From the NCBI GenBank assembly GCA_051294905.1, contig CM119372.1, positions 21,144,001 to 21,208,000 of the forward strand: 64,000 bases of DNA, read 5' to 3'. Below are positions 39,554 through 51,763 of the stretch, piece after piece; the stretch's first letter is position 1, and every line of letters begins with the position of its first letter. The position numbers and the translations under genes were made by a program. The stretch comes from Botryllus schlosseri. Lineage: Eukaryota. The notes under the pieces were generated by a model. It saw only the letters and a list, made by a program, of their open reading frames with translations, was not told the DNA's origin and did no database searches.

Positions 39554-42500
39554 ATCCTTTTGTAAAAGATTGTCGGACAATGGTGTTATAATCTTCTGTA
39601 ATGATCGAGGTACGTGATCAAGTTTCCAATCAATTAATAATTGGACATACGACTTTGGTTTAACGAATCATAATATTTCTAAAATGCTTGCTGGTATCAT
39701 AAGACACAAATCGAAATTCATATCAATCAAGACCTTTGCATGCTCCGAGTTTTGTGATGGCGTTTATTTCACCTGATAGAAATGAACTTGTATCAATAGT
39801 AGCACGAAACGCATTTATCATTTTCGGTGTTGGTTGTGTTCCTGATTTCTTTGTTGGTATGCACTCTACAAATAATTTCTGCATACTGAGGTATGATGCG
39901 TTTGATGAATATCATAGAAATCGTTTTTTGTGTTGGTAATGACTTTGAGTAGTTTGGTTTTATCATTACAATTACTTTAGAAGATTCAAATGATAATGCA
40001 TGATCACTACTAGTAACAATACGAACACATTTTGTAGATTTCAGTGTAGCACATATTTCGATTTTATTAATGCTTCGAGTTTTGTCTAATAGAATAGGTT
40101 GTAGCCAGAAAATATAGTCCAAATTGCTCTTGTGCTGATCAAAGTCTTAGAGTTTAACCTCGTAATGTTTTACATTTAGCACGTACAACAGCGAGTCACT
40201 GAAAGGATTAAGTATTGTTCACCCACTTCGACTGGTACTCGATGCTAAAAGTGATATTTTCTAATAACCTTTACCACAACACCGGGTCTAATTATCGTGA
40301 ATAATTTAATAATCAAGTCGTGGTCGAACATTACAAAATCTCATATATCAAATCAATGTGTCAATCCTTATGTTTACAGTATGATACCTTTCAATGTAAC
40401 ACCGGCGTTTGATTGTAAGAAATGAATTCTCAACTACGTTGGTCAGACATTCAAATCGGGTATACTCAAATGTAATATGTTAATCTCAAACCACACACCG
40501 AGTAGTATTTACTTTGGTTTATAAAATATACCGAGTAGTAATTACTTTATCTTACAGAATAGTAACGACTTTTACAGTTGAACAAATAAAAAGACGATTT
40601 GGTGGTATATGACTACAACCGAACTTGCTATGGATTTTGGATTGTGGTGATTACTCGCGTAGTCTTGTCTACTTTTCATAAGGATACTTTTTGCTTTGGT
40701 TGGGTAAGTTACAAACGGATTGACTTGACAGGGCTTTTTTTGTATTTTACTCTTTTGTGTATGGGAAGATGTTAAAATGTTGAGACGTAATACTATTTCC
40801 GTTCACTCGATTACAACAAAAAAAAAATAACCTGATAGTTTGTTCAAGGTTTCGACAAATAGATTGAAATATTCCGATTTACGATTTAACTCATCGCGTC
40901 ACAAGTCGATCGCGGTATGCACAAGTGGTTGTCAAGTTAGAAATATTTACAACAGGTGCTATTTCATTGATTGATTCTATTGTGTGTAGTAACACATTAA
41001 AATATCGCGATAGTATTTGCTGAAACTCTATTTGATAAACGGAAAACTAAGTCGTGAATAGAGTTGTAAGTTTCAAGGATTGTTTCAAAGTATGATCTTG
41101 AAATGTGACTGGATCAAAGTTGGTAGTCATGTTTGTCAAGGTCCAAATATTTCATTTAGGATTATCTAGATTTACCTTTAGTACATCTCGCGAGTGGATT
41201 TCTGACGCCGTTTTATAACATTCTTAATAATACGGGTTCGAGGATTTTCATGATAGAGTTGACAAGTGATAAGATGTGAGTTTTTGTTAAGGGTTTGATT
41301 TCTCAATAATGAATACAATTATTATATGTGCATACTTGTGATTCTTGATTTTCATACAACTAGTTGGCATTGATTCTATAGGTGTGAAACAGCGGCGTGG
41401 AATGTGTGAATAATTCGATGCGGCTGAAAGTCGGTGTCGGTAATATTCAGGTTACGTACGATTCACAAGATCACGTTAAAAAGATTTCTCAAAATAATTA
41501 GAATTGTACCGAATTAACACATTCAAATACGAATCAACTCGGTTTGTGTAGTAAGTTTCATTTCAAGTTGACAAATTGACACATTACTTGTATATTCTTA
41601 TCATACAACTAAAGTCAACCACGTTCCGAAGTGTCAAAGCATATAGCGACCACCAGAAAGTGTCAAATTGTTGGTTTTCGAATCACCGTCTGCGATGGCT
41701 CTGTTATTCGTTACTTATTAAATCTTACCAGTGAAATCCAGTTTCGCGACTTACTGATTGTTGGTAACCGAATCGCCGTCTACGCCGGCTCCGTGACAAA
41801 CTATTACTTGTGCGTGATTCCTACCTCTGTAAATCCACACCACGAGAGATGGCTATGCCTGATGTGTTATCTTGTCAGCGATTGCGGGGTTTTGCAAACT
41901 ATTTCACACATTTTTGAAGTGTTAGTTTGTGAACGCGGTTATTGTTGATATTCGAATCGCCGTCTACGCTGGCTCTGCGGTAAACTAATTACCAAAATAT
42001 TACCTTGGAAGTGATTCCTAGATTTAGCAAACTATTTCGCACTGAATGAAATAGTGTAATAATCGATAGTAGCGGCTGGACGAGAAATAATTCAGCGCAC
42101 AGGTCATTCGAAATATAGGTCGCACGCACTGCTTAATCCTCACAACAAACCACGTTTCCGTCCGCGCGGTTATTGTTGGTGACTCGTACATATTCAACAC
42201 CGCGCGAGAGATACTCGAAAGTACGAATCATCGCCGCGTCCATAAGAATAACGATATATCATTGTCGTACTCGCCGTAATTTGGAATATACACATTACCT
42301 AAGGACCAATCACATGACTATTTACTTGATACATATTCAACACGAAGTACGACATGCCAACAACGAAGCCGCGTGCGAGCTATCCCTATGCTGACAAGGG
42401 TTACCGTGCGACCACAAGACACAATAGCCGCATGCCACCGCCGCCATAAGACAAAAGAGCCGCTTGCCACCCCGGGTTTCCCAGCCGCTTGCGACCGCCG

Positions 42501-43514
42501 CCATAAGACATAAGAGCCGCTTGCCACCGCACCCATAAGACGCAATAGCCGCATGCCACCGCGCCCATAAGAAATAAGAGCCGCATGCCACCCCCGGTTT
42601 TCCAGCCGCATGCGACCGCGCCCATAAGCGCCCATTACGAATCGCGACCGATCTATATAACTACTATTGTGTAGCTTTATTTCCGGAAATTAAAGGCATT
42701 ACTACACTTGCTTTTATATTTCAACATGATGTATGTTATCCACACAAAAGAACTGATATCAAATAGAACTCAAAGTATATGATACTTGGAATAGAAAGTG
42801 AAATATATAAATACTACTTCTAAAAGCGGAAAATGTGTTTCATGTCTTTAGTCCAGAAAGTTTCAAAGGTGGTATGCTAAAACAGCTCTAAACCTAAAAA
42901 AAGTCAGAGTCCACTTTTCCAGATTAGGACTGCTAGATAACGATATGATAATTAAATGCTAGATTGCGAAACATCAGTCTCAAACATTATGATGAGCCAT
43001 ATATGCTGTGATGAAATATTTCATGGGCGACGGGCGACAATGCGGTGTGAACAAAACCACGTCAACCCGCTACCTAAACTATATTCACCGATACTTTCGT
43101 GAAATCATACTGGTTACTCCGTATCCACTGAGCGCGAAGCGCGACGAAAATTCCGGGCGTTATTGAACTTTTATGAATATTAAATGTTGATACTCCTTGA
43201 AAACAGCCCCGAAATTCCTCAGGCTATCTTCCTGATTGGAGGATCAAACTACTTCTTCTTGACAAACTGAAAATGGCGAAAAGTAAGTAAGTAGATCAAA
43301 TTTTTTTTTGTTTGTAATACTTTTTCGGCATGAATTTATGGAAATGAAAAATGCACTACGAATAAATATAATCGCGACTTCGGTCGCTACTTCTACAAAG
43401 TAGAAGTGGCGAAAACCGGATCTACTTGAGTAAGTACCCCAAGAGATGAAAACTACTTGAGTACTTCGAAAAAGTAGAAGTACTTCGTTACTGACCACCT
43501 CTCCATATGGCGCC

Positions 43515-43945
43515 TATCGACTATGATCATTTACAGTACACCATAGGCCAATTCTTTATATTTATTCCGTAGCTGCCAATTTGTAGCACGACCGACTTCT
43601 AGGCTTTCATGAGAGACCGCTCACGGGGTTGAGATGGCGAGGAGAAGCCAAGATAAACCCCAACACTTAGGTAAGAATTCTGGAGTCGACCTCGTTCACA
43701 CTCGAACCCGCAATCCCATGGGTGCAGACAAGGTGACCTTACCGTCGTATCCCATCTCCGTCGTCAAATCATCTCGATGGTGCAGGTGAAAGCGAATACC
43801 CCCTTCTCTCTCTTTTCATCGGGTATTTTGCTGCGCTTTTTGTCGCCGAAAGAACAGCGACACGGAGGAAGAGTAGCCCAGAATACCCTGGCCTCCATCG
43901 CGGAATAGAACCAAGGCAGGCGTTTATCGTCACCACTATGCAGTC
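43515..43945 (-). mobile_element. Two adjacent tRNA-derived SINE-like copies
   Basis: 43515-43765 matches 1715-1925 (inverted); 43790-43945 matches ~51155-51300 (inverted). Confidence 0.55.
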
Positions 43946-44863
43946 TACGCCACCTCTCCCGTGTGTTGTTCACAAAAGCTCATTTTCAATTCTTGGAAAC
44001 CAATATTGGGGTCACAAACACGTATAGCATGTCGTGTATTGTAATCAAGCTTTCTCATAATTTTTTCGGGTTACCTGTACCAAGAGGCTTCTCGATTGTA
44101 TATCTAATATCTGTGTCTAATGTCAGACGGATCAGAGATGCTGGATGCACTTAAGAACCAGCTTGCCCTTGACATCCTGCATATCACTCTGGTGAGCTCA
44201 AGATTCGGAGTGACTATAAAATAATATACGACTATATTTATATCGACCCCAGATTCACGTTCGGAGGAATAAATTAGGGCAGCAACGACCCCAATCGCCA
44301 TTGTTTGGTACAACGAAAATAGCAGAAACAAATGTACCAGAATCATGGATGGTCGATAATTTGGCAGACCTGATTCCAATTTTATTCAGTTAATTTACAT
44401 TTCTAAGAAACAAGATTGCTCCTTGCCCATTATTTCATCGACGATAGAACAGATTTAATTCACGTCAGGACGAAGTGAGGGAATTAGACATCCATGGTTC
44501 GCAGAAAGTTAGGTTTGCGAAGGTCCTCCTACGCGAAAAGCCCTCCACCTGCATTGGATCTTCTTAGTATCATTCAGTTTGATTTCAAAGTAGACGGTAT
44601 CGCGTTCTAACCAACTCTCCCAGTATGTGTTTACGATAAAAGACGATATCGTATTTCTACCAGAAACTGCTGGTGAGCACAACATCATCGGTAACCTCTC
44701 CGTTCCTAACGACAATAGTAATTCGACAGACTCCTAAATTGTGATAAGGCAGACGCCCCCCACACTTTATATAACGCATCAGACGGTCCCAAGCACCTGA
44801 GTTACTAACCTGACCAGTGACCATGCATCGTTACCAGTCGAAAAATCATTGTACATTTATTCA

Positions 44864-47719
44864 TTACGTCGTCGGCACCGACAAATTTTCTTGTAACTTT
44901 TTCATGATCGACCCCACTCTGTCTTTGGCTATAAGCAACACCGTCCTGCACGATTGCATCTCGTCGGCGTCCTCGTCCCACTTGCCCTCGACCACAGCAG
45001 CCGCACCGGCTACGGGGTACGTGAAGCTAGCATACGCCTCCTCTGCGAACAGTTCTTCCTCCGAGTTGGTGTACTCCAGTTTCTGCGGCACGGCTTTGTC
45101 GCCGTCTTTTGTCAGGCTTGCGCCGTACGACTTGCAGATCATCAGGTAGTGTGTGAAATCGTAGCATGTTTTGTGCTTAGCGCTCCTGGCCTCGCCTAGC
45201 TCCGATTGCAACTTCTCGAACATCGGCAAGGAGATCTGAAATACGCGATGGCGAAGTGGCAAGCTGTACAACAGGCTGTAAGAGCCATCGTTGCATTCTA
45301 GTCAGCGAATACACATGCAAGGTCAGTAACAAAGTGCGTATACTTTTTCGGAGAATGCTGCATTTGGTTTAGCCTTGCACTTCTCACTCGAGTGTTTACG
45401 TTTTTAGACTACCGTACTTTTACTTACAGTTGAAGGCACAATCACTTATATTTTACCATTGGGTGAATAGCCCCTTTATCATGGTAAGTGTATATATTTT
45501 GGAAAACTTCACCTATTTGTAGTAACATTACTCATTAGTTATTTTGCACGAGTCGGAAATACTCTCGCTCAAATCAGCTTCATCAAACTACTCGGGGCTT
45601 TGACATCGCTACTCATCAACAAGCAAATATTTAGGTCTTCCATACCTACCGAGTGCATACGCCAACTACTGCTGAGGTCTAATCCCCACAATTCCATCAC
45701 TCACCATCGGGTACCAATGAAAACGACTGCTGGTGTGGTGCTATGAAATGTAAGCTTGGTAACAAACATTTACCGAATCTCCAACTACTGTAAGACATAA
45801 GTCGGCAGCAAGAACCTACTAGCTTCAGTTGAGCATTTGATCTTGCTCAAGGTGGCCAAACTAATCACTAACATTACATTAGTAGAAGTAATACAGTAAA
45901 ATTCGAGTACAAGTAGGCCTACCAATTTGAAAGGTACTTAATCCTAAGTAGGTCAAAGCAGAGAATGCGGTGACGCTTTTCAAATTTGTCAGCTGTCTTA
46001 TTCGCCAACAGTTAGAGCAAAACTCTGTATTTCAAGGCAACCCAACTTGATTAAGAACATTTATTATGGTAATACGAAACTATTTCACTAGTAGGCACTA
46101 AATTTTGTAAATGTGACATAGCAGCTGTATTTTCTGATGAATATTATCACAATTTCATCAAAAACTATGCAAGCAGAGGTAGTCAAAACAAAACCACTTG
46201 GTATAGTAGAGGGAAATCAAACCTTAATTCAAAACAGAACTACTTCATTGCAAAACGCCTCAAGATATTTCCCAACCTCGTAATTCAGTCCGGCCATACC
46301 TAACGCCTAGAAAATATCATAAGCAAATGAGACTGCCGTCTATAATTCTTATAGGTACCGTCTTTTAACATCACATGTGTCAACAATGTAAGGAGACAGA
46401 TATGTACCTGAGGCGGAATATTGATGAACCTTTCATTGATAATCCAACCCAAACACGAATCTTCTTTTTTAGCTTGCAAAATCTGAAATCGTAATTACCA
46501 GTCTCGTCTCTCGATTTAACACAAGAAATAAAGTCGTCCGCTAGGCGCTCTTACCTTTTTGAATTCAGTCTTGGTTTTGGCATCTGCAGCAAAAGTCTCG
46601 CAATTTTCCAACACAAACTTCAAAACGTTATCGACAGCGACGTTGGGACCGTGCGTTCCGTTGCAGCTGAGACAGCTGGTTATGCCAAACACTTGATCTA
46701 AATCATCATCGTCGTCGTCTTCATCCTCTGGGCACTGTCGAGGCATTGGTCAAATCTGATTGGTGGTCGGTACCAAAGAACTTTCATTTTAACCGACCAA
46801 CAGCATAGGCAGCATCTCTTGCCCGATTTTTTTTTTACATTATAGTGGTTCTCAAAACAAGTCCTGCGAAGAAATAGTCTAGGTAGGTACAGGTAATATG
46901 AATCACTGGTTTCAAATCGATTTGAATCAGGTCTTGTGATTCCTAAGAAATCAACTCCGTAGTATTTAACTGGGCGAAGCTGTGTTGATAGATTGCTATT
47001 ACTAAAAAGAGGTGAGAGATTCAAACCAAGTGCTCCAGGAACCACGTACACAAAGAAGCCCGAGTTAGTATGTATTCCTGTGAAATCCCACTATCCCGTG
47101 TCATCAATTTGCATTTACCACCCGTTGAAAATCTCAAAACAGTATAAGAGAATCACCTCGCCTTGCTTCAAGAGCGTCCCGATAAAGTTCTGTCGGATCA
47201 GAACGTTAGTCAGCTCGCTTACATCGATACCGTCTTTCGGAAACAGTTGCCGCATCATTTGTCGAATGCCGTGGAAATCGCTGTCCGTAATTCCAAAACC
47301 TTCAAACCAATTTGCATAGACATACAAAAAGTCGACACCAGCAAGTTTATCGATGGGGATGTGGAGGGACGGTATAGTCGGCGACACAAGACTTGCCTAT
47401 GGCTATCTAACCGGCTGAATTTCCAAATAATATCCGGATGGTCAAAGACCTGTTGCTTTACCACATCTTTCCTGCCAACAAACAGGCTAGTTAGTTAATG
47501 CCACCAACAGATTAATCACGGTCCAGCACAGCTCTATCAGAACTAAGTGAGGCTGCAATCCTCCAAACTGACATTAGCATGATTACCTTCGAAATCGACT
47601 TGAATCTGCTCGTTAACTTCCATCTCCTCTTCCGCCTCTTCGTCCGGACTCATTTCTTCTTCGATGCAATCTTCATCGCTCGAGTCTTCCACTTGCCGTG
47701 GCTTTTTCGGATCCGGCAT
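44864..47719 (-). CDS. BCCIP: BCCIP/Bcp1 homolog, 5 exons: 47719-47587, 47299-47157, 46734-46555, 46482-46408, 45235-44864 (~300 aa)
   Basis: Acidic N-terminus; motifs EQIQVDFE, DSDFHGIRQMMRQLF, VFGITS, GWIINERFINIPPQISLPMFEKL, YLMICKSY, NSEEELF. All introns are GT-AG and keep frame; AATAAA lies just after the stop. Confidence 0.93.
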
Positions 47720-48121
47720 TTTATTTCTTTCAAGAAGGAAGGCACGAGACCGTGATCGACAATACATCATTATTATGTATGGTGGTGACAAACTTGCAAG
47801 TCACCAGAGAGTAAAGACACCGTTCCAGCATACCGAAGGTTGGTAGCTATTCAATCTCACCGCTATTGTCTGTGATAGGCCGATCGATAACAACACCAAC
47901 ATTGTGTACGGTGGTGACTGGGAGCAATTTACATAATAAAGATACTGTTCCGAAATACCAAAGGTAGATAATGTCTGGTAGCTACTCGGCATCATATCGG
48001 AACCTACTGCACCACTGTCCCTACGGGCAGTAACTAGAGTTTGCTGAGATTTGTGTAAACTAACTAAAAACTCATAAATTCACAGCACAGGTAACACAAG
48101 ATATTTATATAAAATACACTT

Positions 48122-50292
48122 CTACCTTTTACCAGACATTACACTGGACAGTACACAAACCTTGGAAGGTTTGCTAGATTCTCTTTCAGAATTTCCCACC
48201 AGAGATAGCTTGCTATTTTTCCCGGCTTGAAGGATAGCTTCTTTTTCAATTCTCTTGTTGATTACCGTCTGAATTATCTACAAGAAAGAGTACTGTTCAG
48301 AGACAAAATGCAGTTTGCAAAAGTGGGACCGGTGAATGACGGACGGGATGAAAAATTTAGTCCCGCAACACACCTTAACTACGCACTGTTGCTTTGTGAG
48401 TGAACGGGATTAAAACAGAACATCTTAATGGAGAGGAGCAGACGACAATTGGAGTACGGTAAGCTAAAAATCACCGGTACTGTGTTGGGGTCTTCACATC
48501 AGCTATAAGATCACCTGACATTCAACAATTCATTTTCAATACACGGTCGATCACTTTCGGAGAGGGAGGTAACAGGCAATGGACGTGTGGCTAAGGCATG
48601 GACTGAGTGTTATGGGAAGCAGTATATTGTGATTGGTGGCCAGGCTATGAGCTACATTCTTAGATTTGGTGCATGCATCGTAGAGGTCTCCGATATTCCA
48701 GAGCATTACCTTTTCCCGTTTCAATGACTCGATCGCTTGAGCTTTCCTCGGTTTTAGTACCTTGCCTGTTGAAAAGAGACAATATTATATTCATGAAAAT
48801 AGTGATGCTGAATTATTGTGGCTGGAACAAATGGTAATCAGCTAGACGACTGTAGGGCTACTGGCATAGGCGCCGAGTTACGGGGTGGAGCAGCAACCCC
48901 ACGACACATTTATGGGGTAGCGGCCACCCCATACAAAATGCCAAAATGTCTGGACAGTTCGATACGACATTAGCCGAACGAGATCATCAGCGCTGTCAAT
49001 TATGTAATACTGGCTTACTGACCGCGTGACATTGATATCTTTGAATATGCGCAATTGGCCACGAAGCACGAACAGACGTAATTGATTAACGCTAATACTA
49101 AAACATCAGAAGATGTGTGTTAAGGCCGAGTTATCAGAAGATACGACAGGCCTGAATCACCTGAAATCGGTGCCATCACAGAACAGATTTCACAGCAGTC
49201 AATAGACTTCACTTGTATTAATTTGTGAAATAGTTCGTCGTCAATAAGGTTGCGCATTCAATTGTTCGCGTGCGTGTAGGTGAAAAATCTATATCGAAGC
49301 GAGATCGGGGAATCGCAAATTCATCGCTGGCTATACGCGTAATGCGTCAACACGATGCAGCTTGTCCTATATATCCGTGTATTATGAGCATAAAACGGAA
49401 TACAAGGGATTACACTATTGACATGACATCAGCTGCTTAGTGTTGCCAACTGGCAATGTTCATGTGCTTTACCAACAGACACTAGCCAGCAGATATAGTC
49501 ACAGATAAGGTCAAAACAATATATCCTGCATGCTCATGTAGAGTTAATACCCAGACTGGAATCGGTGGTTGTTTTCGACAACATGTTGTGCATGACAGAC
49601 CGATTTCTCGCGTGATTGGAAAATTTCATCTGCGTGAAGGAAATATCTTTCGCTCTGATTCGATACTGGATTACTTTTTTGGCGACACAATGTGCTAAAA
49701 CAGACCTGGTATACGCTGGACTAGGGCCAGAGTGGAATTGGTGGCAAACGTCACACGCAACTTTTCATTCAATTCTTTAATTATTTTATGGAAGAAACCC
49801 TTCTGTCACGCACAACTTATTGACGAAAACAACCACTGTTTCCAGTCTGGGACTAGGGTTACGCCATATTCGCTGTTGCGCAAATGCCACGCTTGCGTGC
49901 GTTCATTGTAAAGCGCAAGCGCCTTATTCTGGATCAGTACTCTGATATGATATCGCTTGTGAGGTCAGCATAATACATTAATCAGCGTGATCAGATGTAA
50001 ATGTTCGCGTGACGCATCACTCAAATTTGGTAACATTTTAAATTAGGCTAGATCTTGAATGGGCAGTGAGAACCCGAATAGGACATTGTTCAGTTGGCTC
50101 ACATTGATCAATCATATCAAAGGCTCAGCACAGCACGATACGCGAAGTTATTATACAGCATAACAGCACCAGTACAGCTATAAGGGGGCTTAGGTCACCT
50201 CCTTTCCTGGGCCCTTTGGATTTTTTCGGCTTTGCTTTCTTTTGAGACGCTTGCGGTACTTTGACCTTTGCTTTGAGTTTTCCCTGTGGCAT
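48122..50292 (-). CDS. C19orf53: C19orf53/L10K (UPF0390, DUF2462-like) small basic protein, 3 exons: 50292-50199, 48765-48710, 48277-48122 (101 aa; alternative 90-aa end, see findings)
   Basis: MPQGKLKAKV...KGPRKG|GKVLKPRKAQAIESLKREK|IIQTVINKRIEKEAILQA matches the family pattern (human MAQG...GPRKGGRVIAPKK...IRKKIEHD). GT-AG introns keep frame. Not in the ORF track because each exon is under 60 aa. Confidence 0.82.
49550..49851. mobile_element. ~300-bp MITE in C19orf53 intron 1
   Basis: ~30-bp imperfect TIRs CCCAGACTGGAATCGGTGGTTGTTTTCG / CGAAAACAACCACTGTTTCCAGTCTGGG; no clear TSD. Confidence 0.65.
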
Positions 50293-51154
50293 ACGTCACG
50301 CTTACCAACTGCAATATACAATCACAAAGCTACGGACACGCCGTGGTTCGTAGAGACGTACTGTGCAATGCAGACTAAATTCTGTCCAGACTGTAGTCAA
50401 AAGCTGAATATTTCCGATCCGACACTACTCGAAGTGAATTAGGGATGGTGTAAACTACAGAAACCGGACCTACAATAATAGACGGCGAACAGTCTTAAAA
50501 AAAATGTAGACTTCGAATAAGTGACGCGCTTCTTGCTTTCAACAAATTCCAAACCTAACATTTCAACGAATATTGCATAATCAACACATTCATCGCGAGT
50601 AAAAACACTCTAACATATCAGTGCGTATGCGCCGAACGGAGGCACGGTCGCGAAGAGAGTTTATAATGATCAGTAGCTGTATCTCGATAGAATCTCGATA
50701 CCATTCTTCTCGCTAACCGTCAAGTCGCAGGAACTTGGCGAAAATCGTACAGGATTTTGCAAATTAGCATACGTAATCGATAAGGCGTTCCAGTACTTGA
50801 CTACTAATACATTACGTTTATGTATGGATCCAATTCCGCTATTTAGACTTAGTCAATCCAGCATGCAGCCACCAGCCAGCAGTACAGTCCAGCATAGCAC
50901 ATGTTGCAGAGATGAGCTGAGCATGGATTAGGATTAGGATTTGAGAAAACCGAATAGGTGAAATTTTGTCGATTGGCAATGGATTAGGATTTACGATTTT
51001 TTTTTTGGAAGGATTGGGATTAGGATTGGAGTTGCCGATTTTCGGAGAGATTGATGGCGAATGGCGACAAAGTTTTTCGTCCTACCAAAGTTACTTCATG
51101 TACTTTGGCACTGATTATGCATTTTATGGCTTTTTACAGAATTATAGACATAGC

Positions 51155-51420
51155 GGGCGAGATAGCGTAGTGGTAATAACGATAAGCGCCCATCAATCTG
51201 ATGGATCCGGTTCGATTCCCGTCTGAGGTTTATCTGGGCTCCTCGTCCCCCGCCGTTGCCGTTCTTACAGCGACAAAAAAGACCCGACGAAAGAAAGCAC
51301 TCACAAGCAATCGAAAGAACTAGTAGAAAGGGCCGCGGCTTCAAAAAGATCAACATCGAAAAGAACTGGGACATCGGGCACTCTAGGCCGAGTTGGATGC
51401 GTGTCGTTCGACATCCTCCT
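51155..51420 (+). mobile_element. tRNA-derived SINE inside a GGATTA-rich MITE-like region (~50920-51735)
   Basis: A-box-like TAGCGTAGTGG and B-box-like GGTTCGATTCC; body shared with 43790-43945. Confidence 0.55.
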
Positions 51421-51763
51421 ATCTGTTCATGACATCGCATTGTGTCTTATCGCATTGTGCATTGTGTGTGACTTGTTCAGATGCAAAATATAACCCAAAG
51501 ATATCATATCAAGATAGAGGCTTTCTAAGAGGAATTCCAAGTTTATATCGGACTAGGATTAGGATTGGAATATACAAAATGTTTCGATTAGGACTAGGAT
51601 TAAAATTTGAAGCTTCGGTTTTGGATTGGATTAGGTCATAAAATAGAAGAATGAGGGTTGTCAGTAAATTTGGACACAGGTAAGTTCGCACAAAAGGTAA
51701 TCTAGGAAGATATATGGGTGATAATCCCTGCACAATGTGCACATGCACATGCACAGTAGAGAT

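Larger units (their letters stand above)
19182..42665. mobile_element. Polinton/Maverick-ended non-autonomous fold-back element A (~10.5 kb without element B)
   Basis: Starts AGTAGTTATATAG and ends CTATATAACTACT; 6-bp TSD ATTGTG (19176-19181, 42666-42671). Left arm 19182-20102 + 33105-35256 is the inverse of right arm 39554-42665. Confidence 0.88.
18624..43503. mobile_element. ~1.4-kb hAT-type MITE (AAGTA-rich) that hosts the Polinton-like nest
   Basis: TIRs CAGAGGTGGTCA / TGACCACCTCTC; TSD CATATGGT / CATATGGC (7 of 8 match); AAGTAG/CTACTT subterminal repeats at both ends. Confidence 0.8.

Noticed and set aside
19182..42665. Autonomous Polinton or endogenous virus with core genes
   Set aside because: No long ORFs, and no pPolB, integrase, ATPase, protease or capsid motifs recognisable on either strand.
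46698..47498. ORFs 46698-47051, 46993-47319 and 47163-47498 as separate genes
   Set aside because: Intronic or antisense to BCCIP exons, with no recognisable motifs.
51155..51230. tRNA gene
   Set aside because: A and B boxes are present but I could not build a convincing cloverleaf, and it runs into a repeated body, so it is a SINE head.
50925..51635. Telomeric repeats (GGATTA/TTAGG-like)
   Set aside because: Short, dispersed, degenerate clusters at both ends of a MITE-like region; more likely subterminal repeats.
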